From positions 194,280 to 258,279 of the forward strand of contig NKIK01000003.1 in assembly GCA_002256115.1 (NCBI GenBank): a stretch of 64,000 bases of DNA, read 5' to 3'. The position numbers and the translations under genes are program-made. The notes under the pieces were generated by a model that saw nothing but the letters and a program-made list of their open reading frames with translations, ran no database searches and was not told the origin of the DNA. Every line of letters starts with the position of its first letter. The first letter of the stretch is position 1. The stretch is from Burkholderiales bacterium PBB3. Lineage in GTDB: Bacteria; Pseudomonadota; Gammaproteobacteria; Burkholderiales; Burkholderiaceae_C. Shown one piece after another: positions 16,382 through 26,459 of this stretch.

Positions 16382-18717
16382 GACGCCTCCTTGCTATTCT
16401 TTTAGTAGCTGCTCCCGCACTATCCACGGCCCCAGCAGCGCATTCGGCTAGTTTTTCGGAGGTCAAAGCGGCTTACCAACCGTCGGACACGCTAATTCTG
16501 GACCGCCGAGGGGAGGTGATTCACCGCATCCGCACCGATGCCACGGTGCGCCGTGGCCAGTGGGTGGCCTTGGCGGATGTGTCGCCCGCCTTGCGCACGG
16601 CGCTGGTGTTGAGTGAAGACAAGCGTTTTTACGAACACAGCGGGGTAGATTGGCAAGCCGTGTCCAGCGCGGCCTGGGGCAATCTGTGGAACAGCAAAAC
16701 GCGCGGCGCGTCCACCATCACCATGCAGCTCAGTGGCTTGCTGGATGACGACCTGAAACGCGGTAGCGGCGGGCGCAGCGTGGTGCAAAAGTTGGGGCAA
16801 ACCGTGTCGGCCACGGTGCTGGAGCGGAGCTGGCGCAAAGATCAAATTTTGGAAGCCTACCTGAATCTGGTGCCGCTCAAAGGCGAGCTGGTGGGCATAG
16901 ACGCGCTAAGCCGCACCCTGTTTGGCAAGGCCGCGCACGGCCTGGACAACCGCGAGGCTGCCGTGGCCGCCGCCCTGGTGCGCGCGCCCAATGCCAAAGC
17001 GCCCCAAGTGGTGCAGCGCGCCTGCAGCGTGCTGCAAGCGCTGCAAAAAGCGGGCAATGCAGATTGCGAGGCGCTGGATTTGTTTGTGACTGGTGCGCTC
17101 TCGCGGCGCGACTATGAGGCCAGCAGCGGGCTGGCACCGCATGTGGCGGTGCAGGTGACGAAAGCGCTTCAAGCAGGGCCAGCAAACGGTGGGATTGGGG
17201 AAAGCTCGGCTGCGAAGTTGCCTGCCAAGTTAGTGAGAGCCAGCACCATCATCACGACGACTTTGCGCGCACCCTTGCAGCGCTTTGCCGTGCAAACCCT
17301 GCAAACCCATTTGCGTGAACTCAGTGGCCGCCATTTGGAAGACGCCGCGCTGGTCGTGCTGGACAACGCCGGCGGCGAGGTGCTGGCCTGGGTCGGGTCC
17401 TCCGGGCCACTCAGCCGCGCAGAAGACGTGGACTTTGTCACCGCGCTGCGCCAGCCAGGCTCTACGCTCAAGCCGTTTTTGTATGCGCAGGCGATTGCCG
17501 AGCGGCGCATCACCGCCGCCTCCCTCTTGGAGGACTCGGATGCCCAAATACAGACCAGCGGCGGCCTGTATATCCCGCAAAACTACGACCGCCACTTCAA
17601 AGGCTGGGTATCGACCCGCACGGCGCTAGGCGCATCGCTCAATGTGCCGGCCGTGCGCACGCTGGTCATGGTGTCGCCCGACGCGTTTCAAAAACAACTG
17701 GTGGCGCTGGGCCTGCCGCTGAAGGAAAGCGGCGACTTTTATGGCTACAGCCTGGCGCTGGGCAGCGCCGAGGTGTCGTTGCTGAATCTGAGCAATGCCT
17801 ACCGCGCTTTGGCCAATGGCGGGCGCTACAGCCCCACCCGCCTGACGCTGGCGGCACCCGTGGCTACGCAGCGCAGCACACGCACCCCACTCACTGCAGC
17901 CGCTTTGCCCCCCAGCCGCCAGGTGCTGGACCCGCGCGCGGCATTCATCGTGGGCGATATCTTGAGCGACCCCCTGGCCCGCGCCCGCAGCTTTGGCACC
18001 GACAGCGTGCTGGCCACCCGCGCCTGGACGGCCGTGAAAACCGGCACTAGCAAAGACATGCGCGACAACTGGGCCGTGGGCTACTCCCAGGCCTACACCG
18101 TGGGTGTGTGGGTGGGCAATGCCAGCGGCGCGCCGATGTGGGATGTGAGCGGCACCACCGGCGCGGCACCAATCTGGGCGGCGACGATGAACTACCTGCA
18201 CGCCAAACAGCCCAGCCGCGCGCCCAAGCCACCAGCGGGTGTGGTGCAGGCCGCAGTGCAATTTGCCAACCCCACGCCCGGCGGCGGCGCGGCTTCTGGC
18301 ACCGCAGCCCTGGTTAGCAGCACCGAAGCCGCGCGCCAGGAGTGGTTTATTGCAGGCACACAGCAAAGTGCATTTGCTATGAAAACAGGAGCTTCTCCCG
18401 CACTATCCACGGCCTACAAAGCACATAACACCAGTAACGCCCAAGACAGCGCCAGCGCCCGCATCACCAGCCCCACGCACGGCACCATCATCGCGTTGGA
18501 CCCCGACATCCCCCCCAAAGCCCAACGCCTGAGCTTCAGCGCCGAAGGCAGTGGCCTGCGCTGGAAGATGGACGGCAAAGTATTCGCCAGCGGCAACGCC
18601 GCCCAGTGGCTGCCCTGGCCGGGGCGGCATGTGGTGCAGATTGTGGACAGCAAGGGCAAGGTGCTCGATGAGATCAAACTCGAAGTGCGCGGGGCGGGGG
18701 TGGTGGCTAAGCGATAG
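16378..18717 (+). CDS. pbpC: Penicillin-binding protein 1C (transglycosylase/transpeptidase plus C-terminal PbpC domain); TTG start overlapping the hsdR stop (TTGA)
   Basis: GT51 motifs (EDKRFYEHSGVD, RGASTITMQL), transpeptidase region, PBP1C C-terminal domain (ITSPTHGTIIALDPDIPP...GRHVVQIVD). N-terminal signal peptide is encoded by repeat copy I. Confidence 0.85.
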   Translation: MRRLLAILLVAAPALSTAPAAHSASFSEVKAAYQPSDTLILDRRGEVIHRIRTDATVRRGQWVALADVSPALRTALVLSEDKRFYEHSGVDWQAVSSAAWGNLWNSKTRGASTITMQLSGLLDDDLKRGSGGRSVVQKLGQTVSATVLERSWRKDQILEAYLNLVPLKGELVGIDALSRTLFGKAAHGLDNREAAVAAALVRAPNAKAPQVVQRACSVLQALQKAGNADCEALDLFVTGALSRRDYEASSGLAPHVAVQVTKALQAGPANGGIGESSAAKLPAKLVRASTIITTTLRAPLQRFAVQTLQTHLRELSGRHLEDAALVVLDNAGGEVLAWVGSSGPLSRAEDVDFVTALRQPGSTLKPFLYAQAIAERRITAASLLEDSDAQIQTSGGLYIPQNYDRHFKGWVSTRTALGASLNVPAVRTLVMVSPDAFQKQLVALGLPLKESGDFYGYSLALGSAEVSLLNLSNAYRALANGGRYSPTRLTLAAPVATQRSTRTPLTAAALPPSRQVLDPRAAFIVGDILSDPLARARSFGTDSVLATRAWTAVKTGTSKDMRDNWAVGYSQAYTVGVWVGNASGAPMWDVSGTTGAAPIWAATMNYLHAKQPSRAPKPPAGVVQAAVQFANPTPGGGAASGTAALVSSTEAARQEWFIAGTQQSAFAMKTGASPALSTAYKAHNTSNAQDSASARITSPTHGTIIALDPDIPPKAQRLSFSAEGSGLRWKMDGKVFASGNAAQWLPWPGRHVVQIVDSKGKVLDEIKLEVRGAGVVAKR
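16406..16431 (+). repeat. Dispersed repeat copy I (forward), inside the 5' end of pbpC (encodes [10 protein letters not shown] of the signal peptide)
   Basis: tagctgctcccgcactatccacggcc. Confidence 0.8.
18388..18414 (+). repeat. Dispersed repeat copy J (forward), in-frame inside pbpC (encodes GASPALSTA)
   Basis: ggagcttctcccgcactatccacggcc lies between the transpeptidase and the C-terminal PbpC domain. The reading frame is continuous. Confidence 0.8.
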
Positions 18718-18733
18718 ATAGGGCGAAAGAGAA

Positions 18734-18765
18734 AGTGGCGCGGTTTAATAAACTGCGCCACTTTT
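18734..18765 (+). terminator. Rho-independent terminator after pbpC
   Basis: agtggcgc-ggtttaataaact-gcgccact followed by tttt. Confidence 0.5.
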
Positions 18766-18893
18766 GCTGGAAACTGCGCCATTTGAAGCGCTATCGGCGG
18801 CACACATGGGTGTTTGTGTGCGCTTTGGCGTCACACACCCACATCGGGATAATCCACTGAGCACAGCAGGCACTTAGTTTTAAAAGCACTATC

Positions 18894-20588
18894 TTGCAAC
18901 CCCTTCTAATCAACCAACCCTCCCTCCAAGGCATGTGCCCCATAGCCGAGGCCGTGGATCGGCTCGCCCATGACTCAGATGGCGGTGAACGCGGGGCCGT
19001 TTTCACCCGGCGCGAGGTGGTTGATTTCATGTTGGACTTGGCGGGCTACACACCAGATCGTCCCTTGCACCAGCTGCGACTGTTGGAGCCCTCTTTTGGT
19101 AGCGGGGAGTTTTTGCTGGCGGCGGTAGAGCGGCTGCTAACGGCGTTTCAGGCGGCTGGCAGCGTGGGTGATTTGAGCTCGTGTATTCGGGCCGTGGAGT
19201 TGCACAGCAATACGTTCAATACAACCAAACACATCCTTGAAGTATTGCTTGCGCGCTTCGGCGTCCCCGAGCCAGAAGCCGCCCGCTTGCTAAACACCTG
19301 GCTCATCTCCGGTGACTTTTTACTGTCCCCCCTATCGGGTCAATTTGACTTTGTAATCGGCAACCCACCCTACGTGCGGCAAGAGCTGATACCTGCTGCG
19401 CTGATGCTGGAATATCGCAAGCGCTATGCCACGCTCTACGCCCGGGCCGACCTCTACATTCCTTTTATCGAGCGCTCGCTCGGTCTACTGGCCGACGGCG
19501 GGCAATGCGCGCTGATCTGCGCAGACCGCTGGACCAAAAACCGCTACGGTGCGCCGCTGCGCGCGCTGGTGGCGGGGGGCTTTCATTTGCGAGCCTATGT
19601 GGACATGGTGGACACACCGGCGTTCAGCACGCAGGTCATTGCTTACCCGGCTATCACGTTGATCGCAAAGGCCGCGCCTGGCCCCACGCTGGTGGCCGAG
19701 CGCCCCGCCATAGAGGTTGCCAGCCTCGCACTGCTGGCGCGTGCGCTGCTGCATGGAGTGGCCAACGACTCCCTAGGCATCTCTAGGGTCGATCATGCGA
19801 CCGCAGGCTCGCAGCCTTGGGTGCTGAGTTCTGCGCCCAAGCGCGCGCTGTTGCGCCGACTAGAGGAGCAATTTCCGCTACTGGAAGACGCGGGTTGCAA
19901 GGTAGGCATTGGCGTTGCTACTGGGGCCGACAAGGCTTTCATCGCCAAGATGGATGCACTGGACGTAGAGCCGTTTCGCAAATTGCCACTGGCAACCACT
20001 AAGGACATTGCCAGCGGCCAGGTGCATTGGTTAGGGCTGTGCGTTATCAACCCGTTTGAGGACGATGGCAAGCTGGCAAACTTAGACCATTACCCCAAGC
20101 TGCGCGCCTACCTGGAATCGCATCGCACCTTGATTGCAGGACGGCATGTTGCCAAAAAATCACCCGCCAACTGGTACCGCACCATTGACCGCATCACACC
20201 CGCATTGGCGGCACGCCCCAAGCTGCTGATACCAGATATCAAAGGCTCGGCCCATGTGGTTTATGAGCCCGGCGGTCTTTACCCGCACCACAATTTGTAT
20301 TACGTCGAATCCAACGAATGGGATTTGCGGGCGCTGCAAGCGGTGTTGCTGTCTAGCGTGGCGCGGCAGTTTGTCGCCGCGTATTCAACGACCATGCGGG
20401 GTGGCTATCTGCGGTTTCAGGCGCAATACCTGCGCCGCATTCGATTGCCATCATGGTCGGCGGTGCCCCTAGCCATGCGCGAGCGACTGGTGCGGGCGGC
20501 TGTCGCTTTTGATTTGCCCGAATGCGACCGGGCTGCAGCGGAGCTGTATGGCCTGACTGAAGATGAATCTGCCATGCTGGCGCAATAG
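18894..20588 (+). CDS. Type II N6-adenine DNA methyltransferase, gamma class (Eco57I/TaqI/PaeR7I-like); probable true start near 18933
   Basis: N-terminal [18 protein letters not shown] and catalytic [11 protein letters not shown] (NPPY). Size of about 550 aa fits M.PaeR7I/M.XhoI-type enzymes. Confidence 0.8.
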   Translation: MQPLLINQPSLQGMCPIAEAVDRLAHDSDGGERGAVFTRREVVDFMLDLAGYTPDRPLHQLRLLEPSFGSGEFLLAAVERLLTAFQAAGSVGDLSSCIRAVELHSNTFNTTKHILEVLLARFGVPEPEAARLLNTWLISGDFLLSPLSGQFDFVIGNPPYVRQELIPAALMLEYRKRYATLYARADLYIPFIERSLGLLADGGQCALICADRWTKNRYGAPLRALVAGGFHLRAYVDMVDTPAFSTQVIAYPAITLIAKAAPGPTLVAERPAIEVASLALLARALLHGVANDSLGISRVDHATAGSQPWVLSSAPKRALLRRLEEQFPLLEDAGCKVGIGVATGADKAFIAKMDALDVEPFRKLPLATTKDIASGQVHWLGLCVINPFEDDGKLANLDHYPKLRAYLESHRTLIAGRHVAKKSPANWYRTIDRITPALAARPKLLIPDIKGSAHVVYEPGGLYPHHNLYYVESNEWDLRALQAVLLSSVARQFVAAYSTTMRGGYLRFQAQYLRRIRLPSWSAVPLAMRERLVRAAVAFDLPECDRAAAELYGLTEDESAMLAQ

Positions 20589-20614
20589 AACTCAACTACC
20601 AAGAGAAAAAGTCA

Positions 20615-21349
20615 ATGGCACTGGATCTGAGTGACTACGAGAACAAAACCCGAGAGGCCATCAAAACCTTTTGGCAATCCCGCGCCGATGCCACCCAAAA
20701 GCAGAAAGACTCGGGCAAAACCGACCAAGGTGAGCGTGCCGGAGTAACCGGCGGCAAGAACATGGACGGCTTTGTCAATTTGATGATTGATATCGTCAAG
20801 GCCAATGGCCTGCCCCATGCCCAAGTTCACCAGAACCGAGCGATGCTTAGCTTGCCGGGTTACTTGCGCCCCACAAAGCTATGGGATTTGCTGGTGATGA
20901 ACGACGGGTATCTGGTTGCCGCGCTGGAGTTCAAAAGCAATGTCGGCCCCTCGTTTAGCAACAACTTCAACAACCGCACCGAAGAAGCTATCGGCACCTC
21001 GCATGATTTGTGGACTGCCTACCGCGAAGGCGCGTTCGGCAAGCAAACCCGACCGTTCGTGGGCTGGCTGATGGTGGTGGAAGACGCACCCGCTTCACGT
21101 GCTCCGGTCAATGGCAACTCCCCTCATTTCCCGGTGTTTAAAGAATTCATTGGTGCCTCTTATCAAAAGCGCTACGACATCCTGTGCCAGCGCCTGGCGC
21201 TGGAGCAGCTCTACAGCGCCGCAGCGGTCATAGCCACGCCGCGCTCAGCGGTTGCCAACGGTGCTTTCACAGAACTCTCATCCATGACAAGTCTCCGATC
21301 TTTTGTGGCCTCATTGGCCGGGCATATTGCCGCCGAGGCAGCGCGCTGA
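20615..21349 (+). CDS. Putative type II restriction endonuclease, XhoI/PaeR7I-like (244 aa); product identity from memory of the family, not verified
   Basis: Lies 27 bp downstream of the gamma-class MTase on the same strand. Size matches R.PaeR7I (about 246 aa). No other recognisable domain. Confidence 0.45.
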   Translation: MALDLSDYENKTREAIKTFWQSRADATQKQKDSGKTDQGERAGVTGGKNMDGFVNLMIDIVKANGLPHAQVHQNRAMLSLPGYLRPTKLWDLLVMNDGYLVAALEFKSNVGPSFSNNFNNRTEEAIGTSHDLWTAYREGAFGKQTRPFVGWLMVVEDAPASRAPVNGNSPHFPVFKEFIGASYQKRYDILCQRLALEQLYSAAAVIATPRSAVANGAFTELSSMTSLRSFVASLAGHIAAEAAR

Positions 21350-21513
21350 ATCGATATATTTCTCCCGCTACGGGTTAACCCCATATAGCCAAGCTCTGGC
21401 GCTGCACAAAATCATTTCGAATTAATCTGAAGCCTGTTGCCTTACCCCAGCAAGGCCCGGTCGATATGTTTTCAGGTTGGTTTGCTGTCACCTCAACCCA
21501 CCTCGGAGAAACC

Positions 21514-22281
21514 ATGAAAACACTGTTATTGGCCGCAACGCTGTTGACCACGGCCCTGACTTGCGCTTGGGCAGACGACAAAGCCGCCGCCGCCCACGGT
21601 ACCGCCCCGCATTGGAGCTACACCGGCCCAGCGGGTGCCATCAAATGGGGGGAGCTGCAAAAGGACTTTGCCACCTGCAAATTGGGCACCAAACAGTCAC
21701 CCATTGACATCAAAGGCGCGGCCAAAGGTAATCTGCCTGCCATCGGCTTCAACTATGGGCAAACCACCGCAGAAGTCGTCAACAACGGCCACACCATTCA
21801 GGTGAACTTGGCCGGTGGCGGTGATGTGAAAGTCGCCAGCGGCGGCTACAAGCTGCTGCAGTTCCACTTTCATACACCCAGCGAAGAAAAGATCAATGGC
21901 AAGCCCTACCCCATGGTGGCCCACCTGGTGCACAAGAGCGACGCGGGCAAGCTGGCGGTGGTCGCTGTGCTCTTCAAAGAAGGCAAAAAGAATGAGGTGC
22001 TAGAGAAAGTGTTTGCCGCCATGCCCGCCAAAGCCGATGGCAAGGTCGAACTGGCGGGCGGCGTGAATGTGGCGAATTTGTTGCCCACCAAGCGCGCGTA
22101 CTGGGCATTTGAAGGCTCTCTGACCACCCCGCCTTGCAGCGAAGAGGTGCAATGGCATGTGCTCAAAGACCCGGTAGAGATGTCCAAAACCCAGCTCGCG
22201 GCCTTCAAGAAGCTCTACCCCATGAACGCCCGCCCGGTGCAGCCGCTCAATGGCCGCAGCCTGCAGGAAAGCGCCTCCTGA
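21514..22281 (+). CDS. Periplasmic alpha-class carbonic anhydrase (signal peptide MKTLLLAATLLTTALTCAWA)
   Basis: HWSYTG..., QSPIDI, zinc-binding LLQFHFHTPSE and SLTTPPCSE motifs. Confidence 0.85.
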   Translation: MKTLLLAATLLTTALTCAWADDKAAAAHGTAPHWSYTGPAGAIKWGELQKDFATCKLGTKQSPIDIKGAAKGNLPAIGFNYGQTTAEVVNNGHTIQVNLAGGGDVKVASGGYKLLQFHFHTPSEEKINGKPYPMVAHLVHKSDAGKLAVVAVLFKEGKKNEVLEKVFAAMPAKADGKVELAGGVNVANLLPTKRAYWAFEGSLTTPPCSEEVQWHVLKDPVEMSKTQLAAFKKLYPMNARPVQPLNGRSLQESAS

Positions 22282-22376
22282 AGGCGTAAGCATTACGGCC
22301 ACCGCTGCACGCCGGGGACGGCGGCGGTGGCCGGGGCATTCGGGTCTATGATTACCAAAAACCAACCGAGAATCCC

Positions 22377-23327
22377 ATGTTTTTTAAGGCACTTTGCCAT
22401 TGGGCCACCCCCCTTAGGCGCACCCTGTTCACACGGGCGGCGCTGCTTACGAGTTTGGCAGCGCTGTCGGCACACGGCGCATTCGCTGCAGACAGTAGCC
22501 CGAATGCTGCTGACTATGATGGCAAAGCCATCGACCGGATTGCCCCGCGTTTTGTGTTGTCGGCCCAGCGCCCGCTCTGGCCCAATGCCCAGATTAATTA
22601 CTACTACAACCCCCAAGACCAACCGGCCGGCATTAGCACCGCCGACATGGAAGGCCTGCTGCGCAGCGCCGCGCGTAAGTGGGAAAACGTCTGCAATGTG
22701 CGGTTTAACTACCTGGGCACCACCGCCGTGCGGCCCAACCTGGCCGCCACCTTTGAGACCACAGACCGCGTAAATGTGGTGGGCTGGGAATTGCTCACGG
22801 GTAGCCAGGCACAGTTCTCGGGCTATGTGTCGTGGTGGTACCAAAACCAGGGCAACGCCATGATTGATGCGGACATGTTCCTCAACATCAGCGGCGGTGC
22901 GCAGTTTGCCCGCAACAAGCCCGGCCTGGGTGCGCTGCTGACGCACGAGATGGGGCACATGCTGGCCATCAGCCACTCCAATGTGCAACAGTCCGTGATG
23001 TTTGCTGAGCCCTACAACGACTTCACCTACCAAGCCACCCTGCGTGGCGACGACGCGGCCGCATGTACCACCATGTATGGTCCCAGCGCAAAAATCGACG
23101 CCAACCGTATCTTTAACTGGACCGAGCAAACCTTCACCCAGTTTTTAAGCCCCGTGGGCTCTACGTCACAAGACCTAGAGGGCTACCACTACCGCTTTTA
23201 CCCTAGCACCAACAGCTACATCGCCGAACGCAATGGGGTTTTGTACTACCTGCCCGTGGGGGGCAGTGTCATCACGCTGGGCACCGTAACGCAGTTCATG
23301 CCATCGGCATCCGGCGCAGGCTTTTGA
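22377..23327 (+). CDS. Secreted zinc metalloprotease, metzincin-like (HEMGHMLAISH)
   Basis: Signal peptide present. HExxHxxAxxH zinc site; Gly replaced by Ala, so family assignment is tentative. Confidence 0.5.
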   Translation: MFFKALCHWATPLRRTLFTRAALLTSLAALSAHGAFAADSSPNAADYDGKAIDRIAPRFVLSAQRPLWPNAQINYYYNPQDQPAGISTADMEGLLRSAARKWENVCNVRFNYLGTTAVRPNLAATFETTDRVNVVGWELLTGSQAQFSGYVSWWYQNQGNAMIDADMFLNISGGAQFARNKPGLGALLTHEMGHMLAISHSNVQQSVMFAEPYNDFTYQATLRGDDAAACTTMYGPSAKIDANRIFNWTEQTFTQFLSPVGSTSQDLEGYHYRFYPSTNSYIAERNGVLYYLPVGGSVITLGTVTQFMPSASGAGF

Positions 23328-23436
23328 CCGGCGGCGACACACTCTGCGGTTAGCATGGCAGCACGCCTGACGCACGCGCAGGCGCTCTCGGAAACAGTAG
23401 TAAGTAGCAATCATCAGCAACCAACCAGGAAATACC

Positions 23437-23841
23437 ATGAGCATTTTTAGCAGCATCCTCTCCAAACTCGGCTTTGGCGACAAAAAGGACGACGCAGCCG
23501 CAGTGGCCCCCGCACCGGCGGCGGATACCCCTGTGACCTCGATTGCACCCGTGGCCCCTGCCGCACCCGTCGCTATCAGCGAGGTCGATGTGGTCGCCAA
23601 GCTGACCGCTCTGGCCGCAGCCCATGCCGAAAAATTGAACTGGAAGACCTCCATCGTCGATTTGATGAAGCTCTTGGGCCTGGACAGCAGCCTGGCCGTG
23701 CGCAAAGAATTGGCCACCGAACTGGGCTGCCCCGCAGAGAAGATGGGCGACTCCGCCCAAATGAATATGTGGCTGCACAAAACAGTGCTGCAAAAGCTGG
23801 CAGCCAACGGCGGCAATATCCCAGCGGATATGTTGGACTGA
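23437..23841 (+). CDS. DUF3597-like small protein (Ala/Pro-rich N-terminal half, conserved C-terminal domain)
   Basis: 134 aa; C-terminal NWKTSIVDLMKLLGLDSS...MNMWLHKTVLQKLAANGG pattern. Confidence 0.5.
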   Translation: MSIFSSILSKLGFGDKKDDAAAVAPAPAADTPVTSIAPVAPAAPVAISEVDVVAKLTALAAAHAEKLNWKTSIVDLMKLLGLDSSLAVRKELATELGCPAEKMGDSAQMNMWLHKTVLQKLAANGGNIPADMLD

Positions 23842-23849
23842 GCACCTCC

Positions 23850-24431
23850 ATGCCCGCAGACCTTTTGCGCAGGGCCACGCCGTGGCACAAGGTCTGCGGT
23901 GTCTCTGGGGCCTTGCGCGCCAGCGCCGCCTGCACGCTTGGCGTGGCGCTGATCAGCCTGGTGGGCTGCGCCAGCGCCCCCAGCCTCAACCAAACCCCCT
24001 CCCCCAACAGCGGCACCACAGCCGCCAATGTGCCCAACCCCGTAGGCAAGCTCACCCCCGGCCAGGCCCAGGATGTGACCCTGTACGCCATGACCCTGGT
24101 GGGCACGCCCTACCGCTATGGTGGCAACACGCCCGAGGGCGGCTTTGACTGTAGTGGGCTGATTGGCCATGTGTACCAAACCAATGCCGGTCTGCAGCCC
24201 CCGCGCACTACGGCCAAGCTTCAGTTTTGGGGCAATGCGGTGGCCTTGGAGCAGGTGCGGATGGGGGATTTGGTCGTTTTTTTGAATAGCAACAACACGG
24301 CGAACCACGCGGGTATTTACGTGGGTAGTAATCGCTTTGTGCATGCGCCGTCCACGGGCGGGGTAGTGCGGCTGGATTCCTTGGCTGGCAAGCATTGGGC
24401 TGCGCAGACAGTGGTGGTGCGTCGGCCTTAG
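23850..24431 (+). CDS. NlpC/P60 (C40) family cell-wall peptidase lipoprotein
   Basis: Lipobox LVGCAS. Catalytic GFDCSGLIGHVYQ...HAGIYVGSNRFVHAP. Confidence 0.8.
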   Translation: MPADLLRRATPWHKVCGVSGALRASAACTLGVALISLVGCASAPSLNQTPSPNSGTTAANVPNPVGKLTPGQAQDVTLYAMTLVGTPYRYGGNTPEGGFDCSGLIGHVYQTNAGLQPPRTTAKLQFWGNAVALEQVRMGDLVVFLNSNNTANHAGIYVGSNRFVHAPSTGGVVRLDSLAGKHWAAQTVVVRRP

Positions 24432-24626
24432 TTTCGACAAGTGCGCCCGAAGAGCGCGGGCTCGGTGTTGGTGCTGGTGCTGGTCCGCACTGAATACCGT
24501 GCGGAAATTATTTCAAACGCGCGCTGTCGCATTTCACGCCGGAGTCAGGGGCGCGGCAGGTCTGTCGCCGTACTATATCGGGCATGCGTTGTGCGCTCCC
24601 CAAAAACACCCTGAGACACCCCCACC

Positions 24627-25772
24627 ATGACTGTCATTACCACCATTGAAGACCTGCGCGTATTGGCCGAAAAACGCGTGCCACGCATGTTCTATGACTA
24701 CGCCGATTCGGGCTCGTGGACAGAATCGACCTACCGCGCCAATGAGAGCGATTTTCAGAAGATCAAGCTGCGCCAGCGCGTGGCGGTGAACATGGAAAAC
24801 CGCAGCACCGCCACCAAAATGATTGGCATCGACGCCAAGATGCCGGTGGCCATCGCGCCCGTGGGCTTATGCGGCATGCAAAATGCCGATGGTGAAATCA
24901 AGGCAGCCAAGGCGGCCGAGAAATTTGGTATTCCGTTCACGCTGTCGACCATGAGCATTTGCTCGATTGAAGACATTGCCGAGAACACTACAGCGCCCTT
25001 CTGGTTTCAGCTGTACATGATGCGGGACCGCGGTGCCATGGTGAAGATGATTGAACGCGCCCGCGCGGCGCGCTGCAGTGCACTGGTGCTGACGCTGGAC
25101 TTGCAGGTGATTGGCCAGCGGCACAAGGATTTGAAGAACGGACTGACCGCACCGCCTAAGCCGACACTGGCCAACATCATCAACCTGATGACCAAGCCGC
25201 GCTGGTGCCTCGGCATGGCGGGCACCAAGCGCCACACGTTCCGCAATCTGGTCGGGCATGTGGAGGCAGTAAGCAATATGTCGTCGCTGGCGTCGTGGAC
25301 CAATGAGCAGTTTGACCCGCGCCTGTCGTGGTCCGATGTGGCTTGGGTCAAAGAGAAATGGGGCGGCAAGCTGATTCTCAAAGGCATTCAGGATTTGGAA
25401 GACGCGCACCTGGCCGTGGCCAGCGGAGCCGATGCGATTGTGGTCAGCAACCACGGCGGTCGCCAACTGGATGGCGCGCCCAGCAGCATCAGCGCGCTGC
25501 CCGAGATTGCGCAGGCCGTGGGCGACAAGATCGAAGTGTGGATGGATGGCGGCATTCGCAGCGGCCAAGACGTGCTGAAGGCCTGGGCTCTGGGTGCCAA
25601 GGGCACGATGATTGGCCGCGCCATGGTCTACGGCCTGGGTGCGATGGGCGAGGCGGGTGTGACCAAGGCACTGCAGATCATCCACAAAGAGCTAGACATC
25701 ACCATGGCCTTTTGCGGCCACACCAATATTCAAACCGTGGACAAAGGCATCCTGATTGCGGGCACTTACTGA
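24627..25772 (+). CDS. lldD: FMN-dependent L-lactate dehydrogenase / alpha-hydroxy-acid dehydrogenase
   Basis: 381 aa; FMN_dh signature (SNHGGRQLDG, TIM barrel). Confidence 0.85.
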   Translation: MTVITTIEDLRVLAEKRVPRMFYDYADSGSWTESTYRANESDFQKIKLRQRVAVNMENRSTATKMIGIDAKMPVAIAPVGLCGMQNADGEIKAAKAAEKFGIPFTLSTMSICSIEDIAENTTAPFWFQLYMMRDRGAMVKMIERARAARCSALVLTLDLQVIGQRHKDLKNGLTAPPKPTLANIINLMTKPRWCLGMAGTKRHTFRNLVGHVEAVSNMSSLASWTNEQFDPRLSWSDVAWVKEKWGGKLILKGIQDLEDAHLAVASGADAIVVSNHGGRQLDGAPSSISALPEIAQAVGDKIEVWMDGGIRSGQDVLKAWALGAKGTMIGRAMVYGLGAMGEAGVTKALQIIHKELDITMAFCGHTNIQTVDKGILIAGTY

Positions 25773-25784
25773 TCGACCGGCCCC

Positions 25785-26309
25785 ATGAACCCTGAAAACT
25801 CCCCCGCTTCCTCAACACCGCCCCAAGGCGTGAGCCCCTGGTGGCGTGCGGGCGCGTACGCACTGTTGGTCGTGCTGGCCACCGGCATTGCCACCACCAT
25901 GAGTTTGTTCGCGCAATTTCAGACGCAGATCGCACATCTGCAAAACCAGCTCACACAAACCGCGCAGATCGCCCACATTGCCGTGCTGCTGGATGACAAA
26001 GCGGCCCCGGCCCTGCTGGTGACTTTTGCGCCGCAAGAAGGGGCTTTGCAATTGCAGCGGCTCAATGCCGTGAAGGAAGGCCGCGAGGACAGCATGCAGC
26101 TCTGGGCGCTGCGCGCGGGTGCTGCACCACAGTCCTTGGGCGTTATCACCAGCAAAGCCGCCACGCTGCGTTTGCCTGCTGCGGCCACGGCACTGCAGGG
26201 CATCGACCAATTGGCCATCAGCGTGGAAGACAGGGGCGGTGTAGACCCGGCGCGTGGGCCGCGTTTGCCGTATCTGTTTCAGGGTGCGTTGGTGAGGAAG
26301 GCTTTGTAG
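25785..26309 (+). CDS. Membrane protein with RskA-like (anti-sigma-K C-terminal) domain
   Basis: One TM segment then LWALRAGAAPQSLGVI-type pattern. Weak assignment. Confidence 0.35.
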   Translation: MNPENSPASSTPPQGVSPWWRAGAYALLVVLATGIATTMSLFAQFQTQIAHLQNQLTQTAQIAHIAVLLDDKAAPALLVTFAPQEGALQLQRLNAVKEGREDSMQLWALRAGAAPQSLGVITSKAATLRLPAAATALQGIDQLAISVEDRGGVDPARGPRLPYLFQGALVRKAL

Positions 26310-26459
26310 TTCTGGAGCTAGGTATATGCGCAGGAGCCTGGTCGGCAAAGCGCTCTGCTCCGTGTCCCCCGCCCGCTTCGCGGGCTCCTCCTTTTACCTA
26401 CGCAGAACACTCTGCCGCCCAAGCTCCCGGGGCCGCGCAGCGCGGGGCGCTAGTTGTGT

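Noticed and set aside
17626-18366. 246-aa minus-strand ORF inside pbpC
   Set aside because: Antisense to conserved PBP1C domains. Arg/Ala-rich composition typical of spurious GC-rich frames.
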